A stretch of 64,000 nt of DNA from Camelus dromedarius (taxonomy: Eukaryota): positions 47,928,001 through 47,992,000 of the forward strand of contig NC_087447.1 of assembly GCF_036321535.1 (NCBI RefSeq). Direction: 5' to 3'. Positions 44,017 to 53,979 of the stretch are shown in pieces. Each line of letters starts with the position of its first letter. The first letter of the stretch is position 1. The translations under genes were made by a program, and so were the position numbers. The notes under the pieces are model-generated. The model saw nothing but the letters and a program-made list of their open reading frames with translations, did no database searches and had not been told where the DNA came from.

Positions 44017-47000
44017 GTGAGTTGGGGATGGGATAAGGACAACGTGAGCCCTGAGCCCTGCACCCCAGCCCTGAAGAGGTGGAGTGCGGGTGCCACTCAG
44101 GAACCCGTGGCCGCAATGGGTGCTGGGATTGTTTATGCAGCTCTTCCTAGAGACAGTTCGATCCTAGGAAGCATCTCCTGGCCCAGGCCGCTCCTCGCGT
44201 GGGTGGCCTCCCAATGCTTGGCATGTACTGGAGCCAGGTCTGGGGACTGAGGAGGTCCCTAGTCTCCTGTGTGACATTCTCTCTGCCCTTCTCTGTGCCT
44301 GCCACCCCAAAGCTGGGGCCCAATTGGAGGACTGGGATGGAGGGTGGGTCTCCCCACTGGGCAGGTTTCAGGTCAGACAGTTCACATCTGGAATGGGGAG
44401 AGAGGGAGCTCCCAGTGGAATGGCGGGAGGGGGCACAAATTGAGAAGATCCTTCCTTTGGGACCTGTCATGCCCTGTGTAGATGCCAAGGTGTGAGCAGG
44501 CTGGCCGTGAGTTGCAGGGAGGTCACAGACTCAGCCGAGGGCCCAGAATAGGAACTACCAGCTGTAGACTTGGCCCCAGGGGTGATGAGCAGAAGCTGGT
44601 TAGTGACATGCTCAGCTATGGTGTGGGGGCCAAGGCAGCAGGAAGAGGGCACAGAACTTGAGAGGAATTCGGAAGAATTTCCTCCTCATCATCCTAGTGA
44701 GCTGGAAGGGTATGACTCAGGCCCAAGGGCTTGAGATTCTGATCCGGCCCTGTTGGGGGCTTTCCAGCACTTTTCAGAAGCAGATGTGGTTCTCTCCTTG
44801 CCTAGGTGATAGAGACAGGCAGGTTTTACTTGCAGCACAAGGCATTGAGCTTAGAGAGTGTCCCCAAAGCCTGGGTGGGGGTGGCCCTGTACAGTCAGCA
44901 GTCCCTGCTCCTGGGGCATCTGGAAGTGGGTGGTGGCCCAAGATGCCACGTCCCAGTGCTTTCTACTCTTAGTGTGTCCTGCCCTCTGTTCTTCCAGCTG
45001 CTGCCCTGGCCTCTGGCCACTCCAACATCAACAACCCCTTGGCAGTGCCCACCTGGGGAGGAGCCCAACCTGGTGAGCTCGCCCTACTCATCTGCCTCTC
45101 CTGGGAAGACTGTTGAGGGCCAAGGCAGAGACCTCAACCCTGGCTCCTGGCTTTGTTCTCACTCTTTCCCTCCCGCAGGACCCAGGGCAGAGCACGTTAT
45201 GCAGGTCTTGTCCCCCGGGCACCTTCTCAGCCTCCTGGGGCTCTAGCCCATGTCAGCCCCACTCCCGCTGCAGCCCTCGAGGGAGGCTGGAGGCCCAGGC
45301 GGGCACCGCAACTCGAGACACACTATGTGGAAACTGCCAGCCTGGGTGAGCCATGGGGTGGCGTGTGGTGGTTCATGGACAGGTAACTAGGACTTGAGAT
45401 CCTCAAGTCCCAGCCTCACTCACCCCTTAAGTGGGCCTTTGTCTTCCCATCTATGAAGTAGGATGGATCAGGACCAGTGAGGGTGTCCAGTAGAAAGGTC
45501 CAGCCTCTCTTAAAGATAGTTTCTGGGCTTCAGTAATGTCTTCCCTCCCTGCAGGTGGTTTGCCCCTTCAGAGGCCCCCCATGTTCCCTGTCAGCCATGC
45601 TCCCGGACACCTCTGGGTACTCGTGGCTGTTATGGTGAGTGGCAGATAGGGGTTAGGACTGGTAGGGGTATGTGGGAGGGGGTCTGGCAAGCTTGAGCCC
45701 AAGGGCCCCTGCACTACCATCCAAGGCAGTGGGGTCCTCACTCCCCTAGCCCAGGGGAGGGTGTGCAGCCAGAGGGTGTCCAGCAGGACGCAGTCAATTG
45801 GTCAACTGGCTGTGTGTCTGTCAACTCTATCTCTGAGTGGCAGAGACTGTCCAGCAGGTGGCTGCTACAGCTGGGGTCTCACATTCTGACTGGTCTCCTG
45901 TCCTTATCCCCTCAAAGAGACCCATGTAGATGAGTGTGAGCACACATGCTTCCATACATGCACCTCCTCTCACCTGTTGAGTTGGTCACCTTGTGAAGCA
46001 ACTAACTCATGGACTAGGTCTTGGGGAGGCAGGATCCCATGTCCCTGTGCCCAGGCATGTGCACTGGTGCCTTTTGTTCACCCCTCTGACCCATCATGGG
46101 TGGTAGACAGGGGGTTCAGAGTGTGGCCATCCTGAGGTCTGAGGCTATCTTGCTCAGGCTCATGGACCAATCAGAGAGCCAAAAAGGAGGAGGGGGTGAG
46201 TTGGCCTTTGCTTCCCCTATGCGGTGGGGAGCAGGTGGCTCTTGACATGTCAGTACTGTACCCCACACATAGGAACTTGGACCCTGGGCTTCTCTGAGTG
46301 TGTTTCTCTCTGCCTGTGTCTTTCCTCCATGCCTCCATCCTCCATGGTGCTCAGAGTGGAGGCGGCGGGCCCAACGTGGTGTGGAGGTGGCGGCAGCAGC
46401 CAGCAGTGCAGGGGAGATGCGGCAGCCTGGAAACAGCACGCGGCCAGGCAGCCCCGAGGAGACGGCTGCCCAGTATGCGGTTATTGCCATTGTGCCTGTC
46501 TTTTGCCTCATGGGGTTGCTGGGCATCCTGGTGTGTAACCTGCTCAAGCGGAAGGGCTACCACTGCACGGCCCACAAGGAAGTCGGGCCTGGCCCTGGAG
46601 GTGGAGGCAGCGGTAAGGCTTAGCCTGGGGTTGGGTGGAGAAGCCAGAGGGCTAGCCCAGCACAGTAGCTTGGGTCCCCTGAGGGGACCTACTTGGCCTG
46701 CCCAGGGTTAATCAGGAGGGCTGGAGGTACTGCACATGAGCTGCAGAGGAGACACTGCAGATTCAGAAAGTGGAAGGAAGGGTGAGGTTGCCAAGGTAGC
46801 AGCTGGGGCAGAGCAGAGGGTACTCAGAGAGACATGTTCCTCCCACCCCTACCCCAGGGGCCTGAGCTTTTTTTCTTCTTCCTCTTACCCCCAATTGCCC
46901 TCAAAGGCCAGAAGGGCAGGAGTCCCACATGCACATACACCACCCATGAACTTGGTGGCCAGGTGAAGACTGAGCAGCGCTTCCCATGCCAGAGCCCTTT

Positions 47001-49313
47001 CCAACCCCTAACTGCAGACCTCAGGGAGCAGGAAAGGGACAGGAGCTTTAGACAGGCGACTCAGCCTATTTCGCCTGGGACTGCACTTGTTTTCCTAGCC
47101 TAGGATTCCCTTTAACTACTGGGTGCTGCCTAGATGCCAGTCCTAGGAGCTCTGTTTACTGCTGGCCTAGGACCATGTGGTCCATTCTCATGCCCTTGAG
47201 GTTTCAGCCCTAAGCTTACCAAGGATCCTCAGTTAGCTATATAGACCGGGCGGTGTGTAGGGAGGTGACAGGCCCGGAATGGCGGTTTGCCAGGGTTGTT
47301 GGAGGTTCTGGGCAGAAGCAGCCCATGGCTCCCTGAGGCTGAGGAGGGAAGAGGCAGGCCCTGAACGAGTCTGGCCCCCTACCCTGCACACTCTCTGCAG
47401 GGACTGTGGAGTTCAGATGGCCCTAAACTGCTAAGCACCTGGGGCTGATGGACGCATAGAACAGTGATGCTGAGTAGTGAAGGTGATAAGGGGCTTCTTA
47501 GAACCAGAGTTGAGACAGTAGGTACATGTATATCCAGGATCATAGCCTGACTCTCATAAAGGCCTGGGGCGCCCTCTGCTGTCATACCGCAAGCCCAGAG
47601 TGTCTGTGACTCCTTCCCTAGGGTCATGGTTCTTTTCCCCAGGAATCAACCCTGCCTACCGGGCTGAGGACGCCAACGAGGATACCATCGGGGTCCTTGT
47701 GCGCCTGATCACAGAGAAGAAAGGTGAGGGGAAGGTCTGACTCCTTTCCTGTGCCCAGGAGAAGGTCTCCTGTCAGAGCCCTGTCCTGCTCCTCCTGCCA
47801 GGACACCTCCGGCCAGCCTGGACCTCTCTGACTAGTGTCGGTGGAGAGGTGGAGGAAGGGGGTGGTGGGTAGGTAGGATTTGTGCTGGGGCAGGTTGGGG
47901 GTGATGGTTAGATAGAGGGATTCGTGCTGGGGAAAGGGGTTGGGGAGAGTTCCCCTCTTGGCCCAGAGCCAGGTTCTGACTGCAACTGCCCACAGAGAAC
48001 GCAGCAGCCCTGGAGGAGCTGCTGAAGGAGTATCACAGCAAACAGCTGGTGCAGACCAGCCACAGGCCTCTTCCCAGGTGAGTGAGCCGGTGGGCAAGGA
48101 GGGCTCTGACTCAATAGGGAATCAGCCTGCCTCCTGGGGACTCACCACTTGGGTTATGTTCCCCCTCCTATCACCCGGATACCTCCTGGGGTGTCCTGGG
48201 CCTGGCTTGCCCCAGTGACTGCTCCCATTTGTGTTTTTCACAGGCTCCCGCCAGGCCCACACAACCTGCCACATATCTGCCCACATCGCCACCACCTTCA
48301 CACCGTGCAGGGCCTGGCCTCAGTCTCCGGCCCCTGCTGTTCCCGCTGCAGCCAGAAGAAGTGGCCCGAGGTGCTACTGTCCCCTGAGGCTGCAGCTGCC
48401 ACCACTCCCACTCCCAGACTCCTGCCCAACCCAGCCAGGGCTCCCAAGGCTGGAGCCAAGGCAGGACGCCAGGGCGAGATCACCATCTTGTCTGTGGGCA
48501 GGTGAGGTGGGCATAGACACAGCAGGGTCAGAGACATGACATGACAGCTGTTGGGGAGGCAGGGCCCTAGGCTGAGCCATGAAGTGGGCTCAGTGCTGGT
48601 CCCACCTTTCCTGGCCTCATTGTGCCTCTCTTTGCAATGTGGGTGGCCAGGGAGAGAAGCCAGGTCTCCCCAGCCATGCTGTGTCTCATGAAGCCATTGG
48701 GCCCCAAGGGCAGGGTCCTAGCCCCCATCACACCTGGGCCCCTTCAGGCCAAGAGCCTGTCCACCTGGGATCTTGGCAGTGGGAGGGAGGACATGGGGAG
48801 GGCTCAGGCTCTGATCTAGGAACTTGCTGTGTGACCCTGTGGGTACTGCCCTCTCCACACCTGAGGGTCCCCCTCTAATGGGGGATGATTACACCACCTC
48901 TCCTCATAGGTTCCGTGTAGCCCGAATTCCTGAGCAGCGGACGAGTTCAGTAGCCTCCGAGGTGAAGACCATCACAGAGGCTGGGCCCTCGGTGGGTGAT
49001 CTCCCTGACTGTCCACAACCTGGCCTCCCCAGTGAGCAGCGGGCACTGCTGGGAAATGGTGGAAGCTATACTAAGTGGCCGAAGCCCCCAGCAGAGAACA
49101 AGGCCGAGGTGAGGACCAGAAGAGTAAGGTGTCTGTTGGCACCTGGACCAACCCTGATTGCAGATGGGGCAGGGGTGGAGGTGCAGAGGGCCCTGGGCAG
49201 GGACCACTGTCTTGGAGCTCAGAAGCCCCCTGGTTCAGCTCTGACCTCTCACCCCTGCCCTTCAGGAGAACCGCTATGTGGTCCGGCTAAGTGAGAGCAA
49301 CCTGGTCATCTGA
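43972..49313 (+). CDS. RELT: RELT TNF receptor (TNFRSF19L), complete 430-aa CDS
   Basis: Coding exons 43972-44016, 44998-45072, 45179-45345, 45555-45634, 46355-46612, 47643-47723, 47996-48077, 48244-48501, 48910-49108, 49266-49313 total 1293 nt. Signal peptide, Cys-rich domain (CPPGTFS...CQPH..C), TM segment [25 protein letters not shown] motif, C-terminus [13 protein letters not shown]. Confidence 0.97.
44998..45072 (+). CDS. RELT: RELT exon 3 (LLPWPLAT...CPPGEEPNL)
   Basis: tccag|CTG ... CTG|gtgagc, 75 nt. Confidence 0.94.
45179..45345 (+). CDS. RELT: RELT exon 4 (TNFR cysteine-rich domain)
   Basis: cgcag|GAC ... GG|gtgagc, 167 nt. Confidence 0.95.
45555..45634 (+). CDS. RELT: RELT exon 5 (WFAPSE...PCQPCS...GCY)
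   Basis: tgcag|G ... TATG|gtgagt, 80 nt. Confidence 0.93.
46355..46612 (+). CDS. RELT: RELT exon 6 (stalk + transmembrane helix)
   Basis: ctcag|AG ... AGCG|gtaagg, 258 nt. Confidence 0.95.
47643..47723 (+). CDS. RELT: RELT exon 7 ([26 protein letters not shown])
   Basis: cccag|GA ... AAAG|gtgagg, 81 nt. Confidence 0.95.
47996..48077 (+). CDS. RELT: RELT exon 8 ([12 protein letters not shown]...)
   Basis: cacag|AG ... CCAG|gtgagt, 82 nt. Confidence 0.94.
48244..48501 (+). CDS. RELT: RELT exon 9 ([12 protein letters not shown]...[10 protein letters not shown]...ILSVGR)
   Basis: cacag|G ... GCAG|gtgagg, 258 nt. Confidence 0.95.
48910..49108 (+). CDS. RELT: RELT exon 10 (FRVARIPE...ENKAE)
   Basis: catag|G ... 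GAG|gtgagg, 199 nt. Confidence 0.95.
49266..49313 (+). CDS. RELT: RELT exon 11 coding part ([15 protein letters not shown])
   Basis: ttcag|GAG; TGA at 49311-49313. Confidence 0.95.
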   Translation, partial: ENRYVVRLSESNLVI

Positions 49314-50400
49314 GAGGCTGTCTCGTCTGAGGATACTGCAGCCCTGACCTGGGAGGTTCCCAAGGCTTCCTGGAGGAGGTGGAGCTGCAGCTAGGCCTGT
49401 TGGATCACGAAGCAATGGCCCAGCAGACAAAACAACCAAGGCCAAGGCCTGAAGGTGGGAGTGTCCACCCCAGTAAGGAGGCAGGCCGGCCAGCGGGTGC
49501 TGTGTGCAGGAGCAGGTTGAGAACCCCTGCCCCGTCCCTGCCACCCATTTCCTTCCCTGAAGGATGTCCCTGACCCTGTGCCCTGCCCTGACCAGATCCT
49601 TGGGGCCCACAGGGTCCTCTGTACCACCAGGTGGCTAGGCCCTCTACCTGGCACCTCTGGCCCCAACACCCTGGTAATTAGCCACTCCTTGCCTCTGTAG
49701 AGGGTACCCCCGCTCCTCTTACAACAAGTCCCGTAAAGGGAGGGGTCAACAAAAAGTGAGCTGGGAACTGAGTTCCTGGGTTCTAATCCTGGGCAAGTCC
49801 CTGGCCATTACCGGGTCATAATTTTTGACTATGAAGTAGAGAGTGATGTCAGTGCCCAGGGCCTTCCTGCATCTTGCAGGCTCTGGGCTGGGTCGTGTGG
49901 GTGGAGGGCTTGACTCCTTGCCACTGCTCCCATTAGTAGCTTTATCTGGCCCCATTTTTGCTGCTTCTGGGCCTCCATCTTCAAAGCTCCCATGGGGCTG
50001 CCATCCATGGCTTTGCCTACAGAAGGGGTTTAATGCATGTGCCTGCCCCGGACCCTGCTATCTTTATTGAAATTGAAAAAAAGAGACTGACCTGGCCAGG
50101 CAGGGTGGTATAGAGCCCCAGCCTGCCCAGCCCACCTCAAGGTCTCAGGAGCTTCAGGGGAAAGGGGTGTGTGACAGGGCTGGAGGCTCCTCTGGCCTGT
50201 TTCTATGTCCCTGTAGTGTTGGTGTGTCTGTCCCCTGGCCTGGGCAGTGCGGGCGATTGCCCAGCCCCAGGCTCCACTCTGGCTCAGACATCTTGTTATT
50301 TATTTGGGTTCGTGCAGGCACAGGCCCAATTGCCATTCCCATTTCTCTTATTTATTGAAACTTCACTGTTGTCCCATCCTTATGTCTCCATTTGTTGAAT

Positions 50401-50406
50401 AATAAA
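50401..50406 (+). terminator. Probable RELT polyadenylation signal
   Basis: First AATAAA ~1.1 kb after the stop, preceded by U-rich sequence. Confidence 0.65.
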
Positions 50407-50583
50407 AGGTGGGAAAGTAGTATCACAAGGAGCTTCTTTTCCCTGTGCCTCTTCCCAGGTCTGTCCATTCACTGAACAGCTCTGTGCTGAGTTTCACGTG
50501 TGGGACAGGTGGGCACCGGGCAGCAGGGGAAGTGGCTTGGAGGGGCCCTCACCTTCCCTGGTTCTCAGTGAAGGCCCTAGAGG

Positions 50584-50849
50584 CAGTGCTGTCCAGTGGA
50601 AATACTGTGCGCCACATATGTAATTTAAATTTTTCTAAAATAGCCACATTTTTTAAAATAAAAAGCAGTGAACTTTTTTTAAACAATAATGTATTTTAAC
50701 CCAGTATATCTAAAATATTTTCATTTCAATTTTTTTGCTTTGAAATGCGGTATGTATTTTACACTGAGAGCACTTCTTAATGTGAAATAGCGTATTTCAA
50801 GGGCTTGATAACCATGTGTGGCTAGTGGCTCCTGTATTGGACAGCACAG
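50584..50849 (+). mobile_element. MER33-like hAT-Charlie DNA transposon
   Basis: TIRs CAGTGCTGTCCA / TGGACAGCACAG; internal GCCACATATGTAATTTAAATTTTCTA; CTAGAG-type target duplication on both sides. Confidence 0.85.
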
Positions 50850-53509
50850 CTCTAGAGAAAGTGGAACCTCGCAAATGGATGGGGTAAGTAAGGCATATTG
50901 GGGGCTGGAAAATGTGGAAAGGGGAATTGTGTTTGTTTCACAGAGAGGAACAATATGTGCAAAGGCCACACACCAATAAAAATATGAGAAGCTGGAAGTA
51001 CATACAGTGCAGCTGAGGTGTGAAGACTGGGGTGGGAGTGGGCAGCAGAAGGCAGCCCCATGGGCTCTTGGAAGCTATCAGCCCTAGGCCAAGGAGGCCC
51101 AGGGAGTCTCTCAAGCATTTAGGAAGAGGAAAAGCATGACCGGTCAGCTCATTCCAGACCACAGTGTGGGGGTGGAGGCGCAGTGGGAGTAGGGTTTCCA
51201 CAAGGAGGCTGTTGCAGCCACCCAGGCAAGAGATGGAGGAGCCTAGGACTGTGTGGGCATGCTGGAGAGAAACATTCCTAGGACAGAAATGCTAGGGCTT
51301 GTGATGGGATGGGGGCCACGGGATTAGTGCCAGCTGGGTGGGGAACAGTCCTGGGGGCATCTGTGATACAGACCCACAAGACATCCTGAGGCATCTGGAT
51401 GTGAAGGTCTAGAGCACTCAAGAGACAGCCCTGGGCTACGAGCAGCACTCAGGTGAGCATTTGGACCAGGATGGTACTGGGAAGGAAAGCATTCCAGGGA
51501 GAGCTCAGGGCAGACCCAAGGTGGTGGCAAGGAAACCAGGAGTGCAGGCTCAGGCTCCAGGGAGAGAGGGGTTTTAGTTAATTCCAGGTTTTTTTGGTGT
51601 TTGGTATGGCTTTAAAAGCTTGACAAGGGGGATATATTTAAACACTAACAGAAGGAGAGGCTGAAGTACCAGAAATGGACACTTGATGGAACCTGGGGAG
51701 GTGTGGAAAAGGACACCCTGTGGGAGGCCCAGGCCTGTTGCAGCTGAGAGGACAGTGGCCATGCTGGGCCTGCAGGCGGCCTGGCTTCACAGAGGGCAGA
51801 GGCCTTTCTCTCAGGCAGAAACCATGGCAGGGGCCCAGCTTAGCAGCTGCAGAGAAAACTCTCACCCTGAGGGAAGCCTGGGCAGACATGCCTTGAGATT
51901 CGATCTCTCTCTAGGGCAGAGGCTTCTCTGGTGCTTCTTAGGTGGGTGGCAAAGGGAGAACACCTCTGAGGATCCAGGAGACAAAGCATCACCTGCTCTA
52001 GGGGTGGGAAGGAGACAGCCTGGACATCAGGAGGCATCTTCTGGAGCACCAAAGGTTGCCAAAGTCTAGAACAAGGTGTCCATTGTAGGGGACTAGCAGG
52101 CATCACCAGTGTCCCCCAGGAAATGTTCCCTGAGGTTACCAGGGTGGACTTGGTGTCCCTACTTGCCAGCTGTTAAGCTGCACCTCAGGATTTAGCTTCT
52201 CAAACTTGTCTGTCCCCTCAGGCAACCAACCCCACTTCACAGAGGACTTGGAGACACACTGAGATGAGGAGACAGCAAGAGACAGTGCCCTGGGTGAGAG
52301 GAGTGAGAAGCTGAGCCCTCCCATTCCCTGGCCTCCTGTCTTAGGGGAAAGCTGGACTCTGGTCTCTGGATGCTGTCTTGCCTGGAGTGAGGCACATACA
52401 GATGCCAGGCAGGGTGGAGACAAGCTGGATCTGGGCTTCCCAGGCCAGGTAATGGACAACCCATCTCAGTGCTAGGCCCTGGGGCAATAAGTACAGCTCT
52501 CCTCCAGACTCCCACCTCACCAATTTCCTGCTTGCTGGAAGGTAAGAGAAAAGAACAGCCCTGGCCTCAGTTTCTTCACCTGTCCCTTGTGGATACTGAA
52601 GCCAGCTCCCAAAAGTGTGATGAGGAGCTGAGGGATCAGGATGCTCTTGGTCTTCAGGGCCCCACCCTCATCTGGAAGCTTTCCTGGCTTACGCCCTCCC
52701 AGGACTCCTTGCCCCACCCCAAATCCTACTCTTCAGCTCAAGGTAGACCCAGGCTGCTGGAAGCAGTAGGAGCTGGAGGACAAGCTGGGGCCCTGGGCTG
52801 ACCACTGAGGCCAGTTCTGAGCTTCCCCCTTCTCACTCCATATCCCTTCCCCCATGGGCCAGAATGGTTGGCCCTGGAGCCAAGGTCTCTGCCTCCTTGC
52901 CTGCCCCCAGCCCTACCAATGACCTGGAGCTGAGTCCCTAGGAAAAGTCCCCTTCCTGTCCCGGAGGAACTGCTGTGACAAAGCCCAGCAATGCCCTCCC
53001 CTCCCACACCTGACAAGAGCTTTCTGCCGCCAAAAGGGAGGGAGAATGAGTTTCATGTCAGATGAGGACAGGAGGGGAAACTGGGGAGGGTGCCCAGGGT
53101 AGTTTGGTGGAAAGGGCTCAAGAGTTAGGAGTCCTGAGTTTTAATTACAGCTCTAGTGTGAGCCAGGTCACTTAGCCTCTTTGGGCTGGTTTCTCTCCAG
53201 TTGAGGAAGCTGAATACTTGGAGGCTGGGAGGGAGTGGACAGTAGAGGCCAGGGCCTAGGAATGGTGGCTGTGATAACCAGGGAGAGCAGCACAGGCTTG
53301 GAAGTAGGCAGTGGCTTTGCCCAGAAGGGAGATGAGAAGAGTGAGATGTTTAGGATGTAAAACTTCCAGCACTTGATTACCACCTGCATGGAAACCATAT
53401 AACCTCCCTCAACTATCCTGTGACTACTAAGCCCTTCTCTTCTCAGATGGGAAACCAAACTTACCCTTTAAGTGAGTGCAGGCACGGCTGCCTCCAAGGT
53501 GGGCAGGAG

Positions 53510-53745
53510 AACACGGAGCTTGGTGCCTGGCCTCTGGAGCCAGACCAAATGTGAATTTCCATCTTGGCCCCTCACCAGCTCTGTAACCTTGGCCAAGGTA
53601 CTTACCCTCCTTAGCTGCCCCCTCCCAAGGACAGGGCTAACAACAGGGCTCACCTCCCATCCTGCTGTGAGGATTATGAGTTACCAAGCATAAAGCACAG
53701 CGCCGGCTACATGGTGGGCAGTCGGTAGACATCAGCCTTCATCAT
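53510..53745 (+). mobile_element. MIR SINE
   Basis: CTCTGGAGCCAGAC...CTGTAACCTTGGCCAAGGTACTT...GTGAGGATTA. Confidence 0.7.
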
Positions 53746-53979
53746 TCATGGCCTCCCTGTGTTCCAGTATCACAAACCTTAGTCCAGGTGCTGACGGCCA
53801 CTTCCCAGGCCCCTCAACTGTGAGTCCCAGGGCAGCCCTGGAGATGCAGCGTAGGTGTTACCTGACTGGTAAAAACAAGTTTAGAATCAACTTGGGGAGA
53901 AGCCCAGGGGACTCACTGGCCCAGGAGGTAGTTTGTGTCCCTCTGCCCAAGAACCACCAGTCTGGTCACCCCAGACTTT

